A DNA stretch of 63,258 bases, counting the filler, from Octopus bimaculoides (taxonomy: Eukaryota): assembly GCF_001194135.2 (NCBI RefSeq). It is 7 parts of 7 records of this genome, joined end to end, with 100 filler letters (N's around TTAATTAATTAA, not from the genome) between each part and the next. Parts side by side here need not be neighbours in the genome. Positions count along the whole stretch, not along the records: positions 35,319 to 54,399 come from NC_068989.1; 6 more parts are not named here. One strand, 5' to 3'. Both the position numbers and the translations under genes were made by a program. Position 1 is the stretch's first letter. Every line of letters begins with the position of its first letter. The notes under the pieces were generated by a model. The model was given only the letters and a program-made list of their open reading frames with translations, was not told the origin of the DNA and did not search any database. Shown one piece after another: positions 38,220 to 51,150 of this stretch.

Positions 38220-40279
38220 AGCAACAAAGAAGATGAGGGTAGATATCCGTCAAATGTAAATAATGTGAATAAATTGACACAGTATTCTCGACAGTCAATA
38301 AACACAATGCTTTTGGCATCCCAAAAAGTGAGGCCATCGAATTCCATGCAGATGAAACGAACTTGGTCCTTTTTGGAGCCTAGGCGATATTATATGATAC
38401 TTTCCTAAGGTACCATACAAAATGAACATTAGAGGCTTTATCAGACATTCCAGTTACTTTTATTTCGATGTTGGTAGATGATGATACAAAACTAAACCTT
38501 ATATTTGTGATAACTCAAAGTATCTTAAATACTTCAGCGTAACAGTGAGGAAAGCAAGAAATGTATGGGAAACCAACGTCCCTTCCCCGGGCAGTTATGC
38601 AACCAGCATTCCTACTCTTGTAATCAGAGCAGCACGCAGGCATCCATTAGATAACCGAAGTCACTTAAATGTTTCCAGTGCTCGCCATCACAAAGGGAAA
38701 ATAGTAAATCTTGCTACCGACATGGAAATCAGAAAGAATGTTTCTAAAAGAGACATTTTAACATTAAAGTTTCTAAAATACTAGAGTAAAAATCTTAATC
38801 TTTATCCTACAATACCTGTATAGCTAGATGTACTTACGTTTAAAACTGAGTCCTTGACATTATTCAAATCCGTAAACCAAACCAATAACTACACTCACAT
38901 ATGGAAATCACTTGGAAATGATATAAATTCCAGAGTAGTCAAAATATAGCAACTCTTAATTTCTCACAGTACTGCAGCGTTCGAATAAAATGAGAATATG
39001 TTTTGCCTCTGTTACTGTATGTTTTTCTCTTTCCCTCTCTCTGTCTATCAACTTTATCTTATTCGTGAATTCTAATTTTGCTTTAATTAGACAAGCATGT
39101 GATAATTTAGGAGCCTTATGCAGCATTCATTACTTAATCAAGTATATACTTTCTGAATAAATGAGTCACATTTTACTAGATTCACTCACCTTTTAGAAAC
39201 AACAGCTAAATCTTACTGAAGTAAAAGCGTAATGTCCCTAAAAGCATGTGTACATTGCATAATCGAGACCTAACATAAATATTGCTAGAATTAAAACAGA
39301 TGTTTGCAATTGTAACGCCTTTGATATTACAGGTGAATGATAATGGCTCACATGCATCTTTTTTTATTTATTTCTTTGTCTCACACATTTGTTTATTTCA
39401 TTTATTTGCTTATTTGACTTTTTTTAATTTTACTGTCATCTGTCAAAAGAATTTGCTTCTAGAGATTGTGTGGCAGAGAAATGAGGTAGGAAATAATTTT
39501 CATTATTTAAAAACAATTCATAACTGAAGCGTACTTTTTATACACTGGGAAAGTCTTTAAGAAATGTAGACGTCAGAAAATGCAATTTTCTAATTCCGCA
39601 AATGGCATTTTCATAGTTTCTAGTAAAAAGAAATCCAATCATTATTATTAGATGAGTGGTCTAGGTTCTCAGCAGTAAGTAAACTTTCATTTTGAATTAT
39701 TTTCAAAACAAACTCATTTGAACTTCAAGTCATATTGAAAATGTGCGGTGGTGATGTTGAAATTGATGAGATATAATATACTTACGCTAGTGATTAACTT
39801 TCTTTTGGTATATTAGTTCTCCGGCTAATTAAATTGTGTATTTATCTCATAAAACGAAATTATTGATAAACTTTGTAAGAATTATGCTCTTCATATGCAA
39901 TAAACAGCACATAGACAAAAGTATAACACGTACGTATATAGTGAGGTATATGCTAAGTTATACACATGTTATGAACGGTGGAGGTGTCAGTCAAAGCTGT
40001 AATGTGTAAATAGAGAAACATTTCTATGTGTGGAGAAATTGATTGATCATCTCTGTTGGTGAAAACCATGGTGCGGTGGTTTCAGAGATTTTCGATTCTT
40101 TTTCGTTATCACTTCAGAGAGAAATCATTCATATCTCTTTTATCATTTTTGAGATAAGAAACATATAAGTTATAACTCTATATCATGTAAAGAAAAATTA
40201 TGCCTTACTGGGGCATCGTAGTGAAGGGTTTAGCAGAACATGTTGACCCCAGTGCATATTTTTTTTTACATTTGGAATG

Positions 40280-40440
40280 TAGTCCAAAAGTAAAGAAGAA
40301 ATAAAGACGAGGTGAAATAAACACAGACAGGCTTCATTGGGTTGACACTCAGGAAAAATTGAAGACATTGACTTTTCGAATGTACGTTCTTCAAGAGAAA
40401 AGGATAGATGAGTAGATAAAAATGATGGAAAAATTAAGAA
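40280..40440 (-). mobile_element. Degraded family B terminal repeat with a decayed hammerhead at 40364-40402
   Basis: Minus: TTGAAGAACGTACATTCGAAAAGTCAATGTC...CCTGAGTGTC, homologous to 29681-29730. Confidence 0.5.
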
Positions 40441-41116
40441 TTAAACGGCGAAATAGTATGTATATCTCGTTCATTCTCTTTCACTCTCTCTCTCTCTTTC
40501 TCTGTATATATATGCACAAAGGTATAGAATTTAATTGAATTAGAACATTAGTATAATTATACCTAAAATCTCCTAGAAGTTAAGGAGACAAACAAAGAAC
40601 ATGTTCGCTCTACTACAGCACAGGAGTTACTTAATTATCAAGAAGACTCTGCCTGTCACTGATTTTATTTGTTTTTATGGGGTCAGTTTTAATTTATAGA
40701 TTATTTTATCAAATCCTTGTATGTTTAAGTCCGAGAGAATAAATATCTGTTAGAAGTAGGGCTGAGAGAGCAGACAGAAATCATACATGGTATAGTCATA
40801 AAAATAAAGATTTCTTAGAAGTAAGATCATGAGGATTGGTAAAGGAAAACTTAAAACAAGATGTTAGTTGACAAATAAGGGGGTCAACCATTAGCAGACG
40901 ATTGATAATGAAACGGTAAATCTTATCATGTAGTTAAATGTTTCAAACAATGTTGCTACATTGTAAACATTTAAAGTTCATGGCTATACTGAGGGTTATT
41001 AAGAAGAATATATCAAGTACCAAATTCACACACACACACACACATACACACACACATAACACACACACGCACACATCCACACACATCCACACACATACAC
41101 ACACACACGCACACAC

Positions 41117-41156
<40 letters not shown>

Positions 41157-41299
41157 AAATATATATANNNNNNNNNNNNNNNNNNNNNNNNNNNNNNNNN
41201 NNNNNNNNNNNNNNNNNNNNNNNNNNNNNNNNNNNNNNNNNNNNNNNNNNNNNNNNNNNNNNNNNNNNNNNNNNNNNNNNNNNNNNNNNNNNNNNNNNN

Positions 41300-41335
<36 letters not shown>

Positions 41336-41340
<5 letters not shown>

Positions 41341-42843
41341 TTGGCCAAAGGTTTTAGGCCACCCCCAATGTTTTGGGGTTCTGCTATCTCAATGTAAATG
41401 AAACTCGTGCACATTGAATATTATGATATATTTCACAATATACGTTAGTTTTAACATCTGGTTGATCCTCTTTTAGCATCAATTACCGCTTTTATACTGT
41501 ACTGTACGTATGCAACGAATTATGAGTAAGACCAACGTTCAAACTCAGCTTATGTTTCCTTGATTATTTCAGAGTTCTATGCTAAAATACCTTGTAAATA
41601 CAGTTAATAAACAGTAACATGCCTAAAACAAGGGAGTTGAGTGAGTGTGAGTGATGTCAAATCGTAGGTCATCATGAAGAGGGAATGTCTCAAAGGCAAA
41701 TTGCTCAGAAGTTGAAATGTTCTCGACGTGCGGTGCACACGACCCTCAAACGCTTCATAGAGACAAATGATGAGAAGATAATACAAAGAACAGGGAGGAA
41801 AAATGTTACATCACCTCGTGATGTCAGATCCATCACCCGTCAGTCGCTCAGAAAGAGGAAAAAACATCGTCGGAGCTCTGTGCGGATTTCAATGAGGCAA
41901 ATACTTCACAAATATCAGCCAGAAGTGTTAGAAGAAGGCTTGTATAGTACGGTTTGAAAGTCTGTAAAGCCAGAAAAAATCCATGGGTTTCTGAAGCGAA
42001 TATGGAAAACCTCTTCAGTGGACCAAAAACCACTCAAGCTGGACCAGTGAGAAATTGGAGAAAGTCATATGGTCTGAATGTAAACTTAATGTAACTGGTT
42101 TGTTGCCCAAATAAATAAAAAAGTATCGAACATAAAGCTAATATTATTTTTCATGTTTTTACTCAGGTTTTCGGTACATCTGGTGCAACTTTCGTGCGTC
42201 GCAGAATTGGGGAAACATTTAAGGCTGAATGTCTGGTACCAACCGTAAAACATGGGGGTGGTTCTATCATGGTGTGGGCCTGCATATATGCCAGGGGACC
42301 CGGAGAAATGTTTTTTTTTTATGTCAGGGAAGGATGAATTCAGCTACATATGTTTCTTCGTTATCGGATGTTTTAGAGCCATTAATTGCTAAACTGCATC
42401 CGGGAGTGTCGAAAAACAGTGTTATCTTTCAACAAGACAACGCTCCGTGTCATAGAGCAAAGAATACTCGTCAATGGCTTGAGGCACAGAGTATTGTTCC
42501 CATCGACTGGCCAGCTCAAAGTCCTGATCTAAATCCGATCGAACACCTATGGAGAACTCTTGGTGAAGCTATCAAGAACACGACAATTAAAAATAAAGAG
42601 CATTTGTACCAAACGTTGAGAGAGGAATTGAGTAAAATCGCGCCTAGTACTTGCAAGAAACTAGTTGATTCAATTACTAACAGTATGAAAGCGGTAATTG
42701 ATGTTAACGGAGGGTCAACCAAATATTAAAACTAATGCATACTATGAAATATACCATAATATACCATGTGCACGAGTTTCATTAACATCAAGATAGCAGA
42801 ACACCAAAACATTGGGGTAGCCTAATACTTTTGGTCAAGGCTG
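41336..42843 (+). mobile_element. Near full-length Tc1 (DD34E) transposon with ~165-bp TIRs
   Basis: TIRs at 41336-41500 and 42680-42843. The right end is CTG|TA. Total length is 1508 bp. Confidence 0.92.
41619..42729 (+). pseudogene. Tc1 transposase, disrupted, with a putative intron at 42091-42166
   Basis: MPKTRELS..., ISARSVRRRL, KVIWS-E, TVKHGGGSIMVW, FQQDNAPCH...SPDLNPIE (D34E). Stops and frameshifts are present. Confidence 0.88.
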
Positions 42844-43056
42844 TATATATCCCGTAAGGGATTGTTAAAAACAATCCAGATGCCAATTGGGTTTAACCAA
42901 ATATATATGTATAAACAGTCTCATAAATTAAAATTTCAATAACGGAAAATGGAGAAGAAAAAATATCTTTTAATTTGCAATACTTTTCCATTGTGGTACA
43001 ACTAAAATGAACCAAGCATATTTTATGTTTTTTCTCCATTTTCCTTTATTGACTTT

Positions 43057-43117
<61 letters not shown>

Positions 43118-43142
43118 ATTCTCTATATCCATTCTCCATATA

Positions 43143-43355
43143 CATGGCGCGAGTACCACTCGCTCATACAAGCATCCGCCAAGATGTGAGCATACGTACA
43201 CGTCAGATTTGGTGCACTCATGATCACAAACCTCCCGATTCTTACAAACAAGTAGATAGTTAACTCACTTTGTGATAACGAGCGCACCAAACCTCATGTG
43301 TACGTATGCTCACATTTTTGCGAATGCCTGCATGATCGAATGTACTCGCGCCATG
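43143..43355. mobile_element. Foldback/MITE with ~88-bp inverted arms
   Basis: CATGGCGCGAGTAC...GATCACAAA pairs with TTTGTGATAAC...GTACTCGCGCCATG. Flanks are TA and CA. Confidence 0.75.
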
Positions 43356-43743
43356 CAGTTTGACCGAAGGCGTTTATACATCCCTATTTCATAACGGTTA
43401 ATTTTAATACCGTTCTCGCTGTATTGCGTGTTTGTTTCTCTTTTGTCCCATCTGTGATTTTATTTTTGATCTTCTATATAAATGAAAATAATTCCGCCGC
43501 CTGGCTGTTTTGCTTTCTGCAAAATGAGAAGTTACATTGGGGGACTGTTATTTAAACGAGGTGTATCTATTTATCACCAGGCGAGATACATCTGCACCGC
43601 CGAATGCTCCTGAATCAGTTGTCGAGTGTCCCACCCGTGAGGGATCGATGCTAGATGTATCGAAACAACTGGCGTGATTAATAAATTCTCGCATATTCTA
43701 TCTTCCGTCTTTCATTTGCCATATACCTATATATATATATACA

Positions 43744-43792
<49 letters not shown>

Positions 43793-43799
43793 TATATAT

Positions 43800-43950
43800 G
43801 CACACGACAGGCTTATTGCAGCTTCCCGTCTACTCATAAGGCTTTAATCGGTTTGAGACTATAGAAGAAGACAGTTGCCAGAAGTGCCTCAGTGTGTGAC
43901 TGAACCTAAGACCTCGCACTTTAGGTGAAAGTTTCCCCGGCACACAACCA
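43800..43950 (-). mobile_element. SINE family 2, degraded 5' half
   Basis: Matches the reverse complement of the family 2 head and CORE-like part. Confidence 0.6.
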
Positions 43951-45253
43951 TTTATACGTCCATGTTTTCATGGTTTTCATAAATATTTGCTTTCACTGGA
44001 TATGTAGACAAATATCTAGTCACATGTATAACGCTTATCTAACTGTACGAGATGTACATTACGGTATTCTATCAGCATTTTAAGTTGTTAACCAATTCTG
44101 TTGCACGTAATTGACTTCACTTTGTTAAATGTAAACCGATGGCTTTCCATTTCTTTCTGGACGTGGTTACAACTACGGAGTTCTTCAATGATTTTGCACC
44201 TATTAATACCCATCAAATGTCGTGACTTCCTGAAATAGAAGAAATGAAAAACTATATTCGATCTTATTTGTCTAAGGGCATTTAACTCAACATCACAGTG
44301 TTGACTAAAAACATGTACCACAAAAGAACATATCCTCTAATGTGCATATAAAAATTTGAAATTAGAAGGCGAAACACCAGTGTAAATTAGTTTCCTCTGC
44401 GTTTATGGAAAGAATACTTCGCGTGTCGTGGCTTTTTCTAGTGAACATTTCAAAGAGCTCTTATTCATTATCTTCATTATTAAGAATTGAGAGCACTTCG
44501 TTCATTGATAGAAGATCGAAAATAAAATGATCGGAGTCTAAGAAACTTGATCCAAATGCATTACCTTAAAAATGTATTGAAAACTTCCAAAACTATGTAT
44601 AAACAGATAGGTAGAGTGAGAACGAAAATGTAAGACAAAGTAAAAATGAATAAATAAATAGAGAATGGAATGGTTTACCAAACACTGATACATGAATGAC
44701 ACAAAAGCATCATGGGATAGAATTACAATTACTTATTTTCCCAAATATGCCTATACGGCTTCGTCAGCCTTACTTCCGCTAGCACGGAAATCTAAGACAC
44801 TTCCTGAAGCATACAAAACAACTTGCAGCTGAGGATGTATTCAATGCAACAATACGTAGTATAACAAATTCTCTACTGATTTGATCCTTCATTCTCACAG
44901 GTCCACACATTCAGACAGAAGCACAAATACACAAACGCGCTCACATACAACTACCTGCATGCTTACATACGCTTACATACGCTTAACTGAGTTTATATGT
45001 GTGTGCGTGGGATGCTTTACATCTACACACATACAAACCTATACGCACACACACACACACACTCACACACATATATGGGAAGAGAGAAAAATTGGCATAT
45101 ACAAACAAACACACACATACATATACGTGTGTATATATAAACACACATATTTAGATAAATAAATTAATTAATGTGTATGTATGTATGTATATACATATTC
45201 ATTTATATTTCCACACACACACACAGACACACACACACACACATATATATGTA

Positions 45254-45294
<41 letters not shown>

Positions 45295-45633
45295 GCATGT
45301 ATGTATCTATGTATCTATGTACACGTCTGTGTGTGTGTGTCTGAGTGTATGTATAAGAATGTATATACGTACATATTGTTTTTCAATTTTGCACTCGATT
45401 CACCTTTGTGTAAGTATGAATAACGAAAAAAAACAATTTTTTGTATCATTGTTCCTTCAGGTTACTATATAGATAGATTTCAATTGAAAGTCTTTGATAT
45501 AGCCTCAACGGAAGTACCATATATATATATATATATAAATATATATACACATACATACATAACGTTGTATTCTTTCATTGTCATACATACACACACACTC
45601 ACACAAGCACATGCATGCATGGGTACATGTATA

Positions 45634-45668
<35 letters not shown>

Positions 45669-47249
45669 GCGTGTATGTATATATACATTTTATATATATA
45701 TNNNNNNNNNNNNNNNNNNNNNNNNNNNNNNNNNNNNNNNNNNNNNNNNNNNNNNNNNNNNNNNNNNNNNNNNNNNNNNNNNNNNNNNNNNNNNNNNNNN
45801 NNNNNNNNNNNNNNNNNNNNNNNNNNNNNNNNNNNNNNNNNNNNNNNNNNNNNNNNNNNNNNNNNNNNNNNNNNNNNNNNNNNNNNNNNNNNNNNNNNNN
45901 NNNNNNNNNNNNNNNNNNNNNNNNNNNNNNNNNNNNNNNNNNNNNNNNNNNNNNNNNNNNNNNNNNNNNNNNNNNNNNNNNNNNNNNNNNNNNNNNNNNN
46001 NNNNNNNNNNNNNNNNNNNNNNNNNNNNNNNNNNNNNNNNNNNNNNNNNNNNNNNNNNNNNNNNNNNNNNNNNNNNNNNNNNNNNNNNNNNNNNNNNNNN
46101 NNNNNNNNNNNNNNNNNNNNNNNNNNNNNNNNNNNNNNNNNNNNNNNNNNNNNNNNNNNNNNNNNNNNNNNNNNNNNNNNNNNNNNNNNNNNNNNNNNNN
46201 NNNNNNNNNNNNNNNNNNNNNNNNNNNNNNNNNNNNNNNNNNNNNNNNNNNNNNNNNNNNNNNNNNNNNNNNNNNNNNNNNNNNNNNNNNNNNACTAAAA
46301 GCGTTTTGTAATTTCCCAAAGGAAAGTTAATGTAGCTCTTTCATTAGTTCCTTATTTTTGCGTCAATAATTGAATTATTTAGGCCACTGGTCTTTGAAAG
46401 CTAAAGTAAATTGAAGGGGAAGAGAAAAATTTAAAAGAAAATATGTGTTATGTATATAAGAACAAATGCTTGTGTTGAGCCACACTTTATATAGAACCAT
46501 ATACGAGAGACGTCTATATATATATTTATGAAAGAAGACAACACTGACACAAACACGCACAAACTGTTATGCATGTAGGTATGTATGTATGTATGTAACG
46601 AACAGGCAACCCACATTTATCAATGCCTTTCCTCTCGTTTCGACCGTTTTATCTTTCTCCTTCCCTCAAACATTCCCTCTTTGTCTTTCTCTCTTGTTCT
46701 CAATCTTTTTCTTTTTTTAACTTTTTATCTTGGTGTACTTACAATTTACTAAATTCCTCACGTTTGTCTTGTTTTGTTTTGATTTCTTCTAACTACTTCT
46801 TATCCCTTTACCTGCTTTCTATGTCAATCAGTCTTACCTTCTTTGACAAATCCCTTACTAGCAGACATCACCACGAATGTCAGTGGCGGAGTCAAACTCG
46901 AAATGTTTCGGTATTATTGTTGGTCCATTTTTTCCGTTCTGAGCCAGTCATGAAAAATTTAACCTGCTTAGAGTTAGGGCGGACATTAAACTCGTCCTTG
47001 ATTATATAGTATCATAGTCATGAATGCAGATAAAACCAAAGAAATTAGGATAACTTGTAATCAAAAATGGGAAAGTGGCCAGTTCGAAGTTCCAGCTTGA
47101 AGTTGAACCACAGGTTACTTAGGACAACCAAATAAGTTTCAAAAGGAGTGGTGTACTGTCGTGCATATTATAGGAATCACTGAACCCAAGACAGAAGACC
47201 AGGCTAATGAACAGTTAGGAAATTCAGAGGAATTATTAACCAAATAATT

Positions 47250-47900
47250 GAAGTTTTGGATTTTTGAGCATGAGCACGTAGCACGATGTGATTATTGAGA
47301 ATTTATGATGTGCCTGTAGCACCCGTGTAATTGTACGAGAAGCAAACTATCAATATTATATGCAGATTCCTCGACCTATTCAAGGTCGTGTCGGCAGTGC
47401 TACTAATCTAATCTAGACAGTTATATTTACTTCTATCATCAGTGGCTGATTCAAATTTGTTATTTTATTGAGATAGGCATCATACAAGACCAGTAAACAA
47501 CTGAGCTAGAAATTCGTTCGTTCCATTGAGAAAAAAATGAAGCTGAATTTGAAGGTTATCTTTAGGTCCTCAGATTGAAGAATAATGGATTTCGGAGCAC
47601 CCAGCAACAGCAGGTGTCAAGATGGAGAAACTAGGAAGATATTAAGAAAATGAAAATTCGCCTCTTGGTGGACACTGGTGAAAATCCTGACCTATAGCCT
47701 CTGGGTCACATGTAATTTGGACAAGGTGTGACCTGCCAATGTTGAAGATAATACTAATTAAAATTTTGTAACTAAGACTTGCGTTGAATTTTTTACGTAG
47801 TAAGGCATGCTATCACTAATACTAGAAAACTGCATTTAGCAGGTTAGAGATCACAGAACCATGTCAATACAAGCTGACATATTGCATCAGGAAAGAGGGA
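47250..47900 (+). mobile_element. Highly decayed non-LTR RT relic
   Basis: KLSILYADS, NLDSYIYFYHQW, EGYL*VL and DTLVKILTY are spaced like YADD, YLG and post-RT motifs. Confidence 0.35.
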
Positions 47901-48082
47901 ACATCATGTAATACGATTGACAAGAATGCGGTAAATTTAATTCCGCTGGGATAGATTGAGCCTTTCCAGTCTATAATACCAAGAAATGTTCCTGCCAGTG
48001 GCCCTATCTTGTAAGGCTTAGATTAATCTGGAAAGAAAGCATGTTCCAAGCATTTCTATTACTGGAATGGTTATATAATATA

Positions 48083-48290
48083 GGCGCAGCATGGTTGTGT
48101 GGTAATAAGTTTGTTTTCCAACTACATGATTCCGGGTTCAATCCCACTGCGTGGCAACTTGGGCAAGTATCTCCTACTATCATTTCGTGAGTGGATGTTG
48201 TGGACGGAAACTGAAAGACCGTTGTACATACATACATACGTACATACATACATACATACATACTACTACTAGTAGTAGTAGTAGTAGTAG

Positions 48291-48357
<67 letters not shown>

Positions 48358-48614
48358 TACATATACATAGATCAAAACTGTTTCACTCAAATTCCTGAGT
48401 ACTCCGAATTTCAAAGCGTTATGCTGATCCTTGGCTACTGAAAATCAAATTTACAAAGGCTGAGGATTAGCATGATGCTTTGTAACTCGGAGTACCAAGG
48501 AATGTGAATCAAACTGTTTTGATACACACATGTGACTGTCAATAAATGTGTTGAGTGATGTACCTTCATTTATTCACTCACTCGTATATTTGTATGTATG
48601 TATGTATATATGTA

Positions 48615-48664
<50 letters not shown>

Positions 48665-48905
48665 TGTTTGTCCCCTGTTTGTGTCTGTGTTTGTCCTCAA
48701 CCGCCGCTTGACAACCGGTGTTAGTGTGTTTACGTCACCGTAACCTAGCGGTTCGATACCAGACCAATAGAATAAGTACCACGCTTAAAGAAAATAAGAA
48801 AAAAGAAAAAATAGAAGTACTCGGATTGATTTATTCGACTAAACATTCTTCAAGGTGGTGCCCCAGCATGGGCGCAGTTTAATAACTGAAACAAGTGATA
48901 GATAA
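48083..48905 (+). mobile_element. SINE family 2: 5' half (48083-48215) and 3' half (48660-48905) separated by microsatellites and ~300 bp of other sequence
   Basis: Both halves match 6531-6960. Confidence 0.7.
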
Positions 48906-49277
48906 GAGAAAAAAGATGAAATTTACTTTATGATGTGTTCAACAGTTCTTGAATTTGAAGCTATTTTTCAGCGAAGTATTTTCCAATTCTAATAATTATC
49001 TTAATGTGTCATTATTGTCTTTATATAATTTGTATAATTTTGACAGATTGAATTTCGTCAATATAATCTTAGTTAGTAGTTAATTAATTTTTATTGTTTA
49101 AATGCTTTAGTTTTTTCCAAGTGTTTATAGGTGTATTTTTATGTTGTCTCTGGATTTATATCTTTTAAACGGTTTACATGGTTAATACAGAATTTACAGT
49201 CAACGTGTCTCACCATCTGATGCAAAATAGAAACAGACACTTTTATATAGTGCATATTTTTATTATTATTATTTTAA

Positions 49278-49337
<60 letters not shown>

Positions 49338-49341
49338 CGTT

Positions 49342-49400
<59 letters not shown>

Positions 49401-50174
49401 TATATTTCTGCTATTGTGTTTATCTGGCTACTTTATTTTTACGGTTTTTCATTTCCGATCTATTAACCTATAATATTCAAAATTGCATTTCAATCATTAA
49501 CCATTATAACTTATAATTAAATATGTTATCGTTATAATTTGTTAAATATGCTATCTTTATAAGTTGTTTTAACTTCAGAAGTAAAATGAATGATATTATT
49601 TTATTGTCATTTTCAGCTAGAAACCGTGGTCATGCCGGAGTGCCAGCATTCGCGTTAATGTAGTAATATTTTACTTTATATTCACATCTAAGACCGATCT
49701 CCGGAATCGGTTATCATGAAGTAATAAGTTTGACAAAGCTACCTTTCTTTGTGATTCCTTCTGTGATGAAGGTTCATCTGGTACATTAGATCAAATTTTG
49801 TCAAATGTTGTTTGAAAACATCCTCAGCTGCATTTCCTAGGTCTCTGACATATTTAGGAAATATATTAACACGGTGTGGGCCCTTCAAAACAAAGCTCTT
49901 ACAATACTGGATTTTTAACGTCGACGTAGATACCAGGGATTTTGGTATTATGCAATATTATCCAGTTCGATAATTGGTATAGCTTGTAATCCCAAGTTAG
50001 GTGGAAGATCTTCCAGCACCTCCTATATATATATATTTATANNNNNNNNNNNNNNNNNNNNNNNNNNNNNNNNNNNNNNNNNNNNNNNNNNNNNNNNNNN
50101 NNNNNNNNNNNNNNNNNNNNNNNNNNNNNNNNNNNNNNNNNNNNNNNNNNNNNNNNNNNNNNNNNNNNNNNNNN

Positions 50175-50211
<37 letters not shown>

Positions 50212-50699
50212 AAGTATCTGACATTTATGGGTGAGTGTTTTGACTCAATCGGATGCGCAAAGAGCCGTGTTAGCGTTGATATGTGGGTTCGACTCTAGCT
50301 GGAATTATCTCATTATTTTTCAGTCTATTGCTTAGATAAATGTCGCTTCAATCGGAGTATATATATTATAATTATGATATATCATTATATAGTTATTGTA
50401 GTCGCTTTTCCTCCGTAGTAACTTATTAAGCCTACCATGTTATCTATATTTAAAAAAAACATCAAAAACACACCGGAAGAATAAGCAAAGGTCTTGTGTC
50501 TATATCTAGTTTAACTACCTTGACTCATATCTAATCATTAATTAATTGCTATTTCTAATGACATCAATTTAAATAATACACATTTAAAATGATGAATACG
50601 TAACTTTTTTGAGAGCATCTCATTGGATGGAATCCACAAATCTCCCTCCACCTGCCAATGTGTTTACCTCAGCAAACACTCTTAAATTGTTGAATAGCA

Positions 50700-51150
50700 T
50701 TGTTAGTTTACTCTTAAAATATTGTTTCATGACGTTCATTTCAGCTGCAAGTTGAATTAATCTCCCTCTATTGGCCCTCACTTATTTTTGTTCCCTCTTT
50801 CTTTTAATATTGTTTAAATAGTCTAGAAAATTGAGATATAAAAAGTAATTCAACATTATTCAGAAAACTATCTTATACTAAATGAATTAGATATATATAT
50901 TATTGCATGAAGTCAATGATAGCCTCATTCTCTAGAGAGGTAAAGAATATTGGAGAAGTTTATTGAGTTTTTCTGATGCATATAACTGTCAGAAATAGTT
51001 CACTGAAACTCTAGTGGAGGGATTTCAACTTTCAGAAGTGTGAAATTCATGTTGACATATTTTATCATTGCGTCAAACTGAAGTAAATTCTCTCTGGAAT
51101 ATTGCAATTACCTTGCATGTCTTTCATGAAAACGGTAAAGTATATATTTT
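50700..51150 (+). mobile_element. Possible hAT (Charlie/Buster-like) transposase relic
   Basis: LLHEV, a frameshifted SRG..LEKFIE and VDIFYH..L...L.G resemble the EVRWLSRG and LAYLADIF blocks. Confidence 0.35.

Larger units (their letters stand above)
37551..38272 (+). mobile_element. Family H SINE (B box, (TAA)n, hammerhead body) expanded by nested insertions
   Basis: GAGTTCGATTCCAAGCAGTAGCCTGAA-(TAA)n...(CAA)n-CATATAAAATACCTTAGG...body matching 4398-4558. Confidence 0.6.

Noticed and set aside
38545-38784. 79-aa ORF in unique sequence
   Set aside because: GTG start, no homology recognised and no clear splice context.
44735-44775. Minus-strand CTGACGA-A-GCC/GGC hammerhead candidate
   Set aside because: GAAA is displaced by 8 nt, and there is no stem III or stem I.
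47400-47700. Gypsy integrase-like RSTP-ATAGV motif
   Set aside because: It needs a frameshift and has no supporting DDE or zinc-finger motifs. A LINE RT reading fits slightly better.
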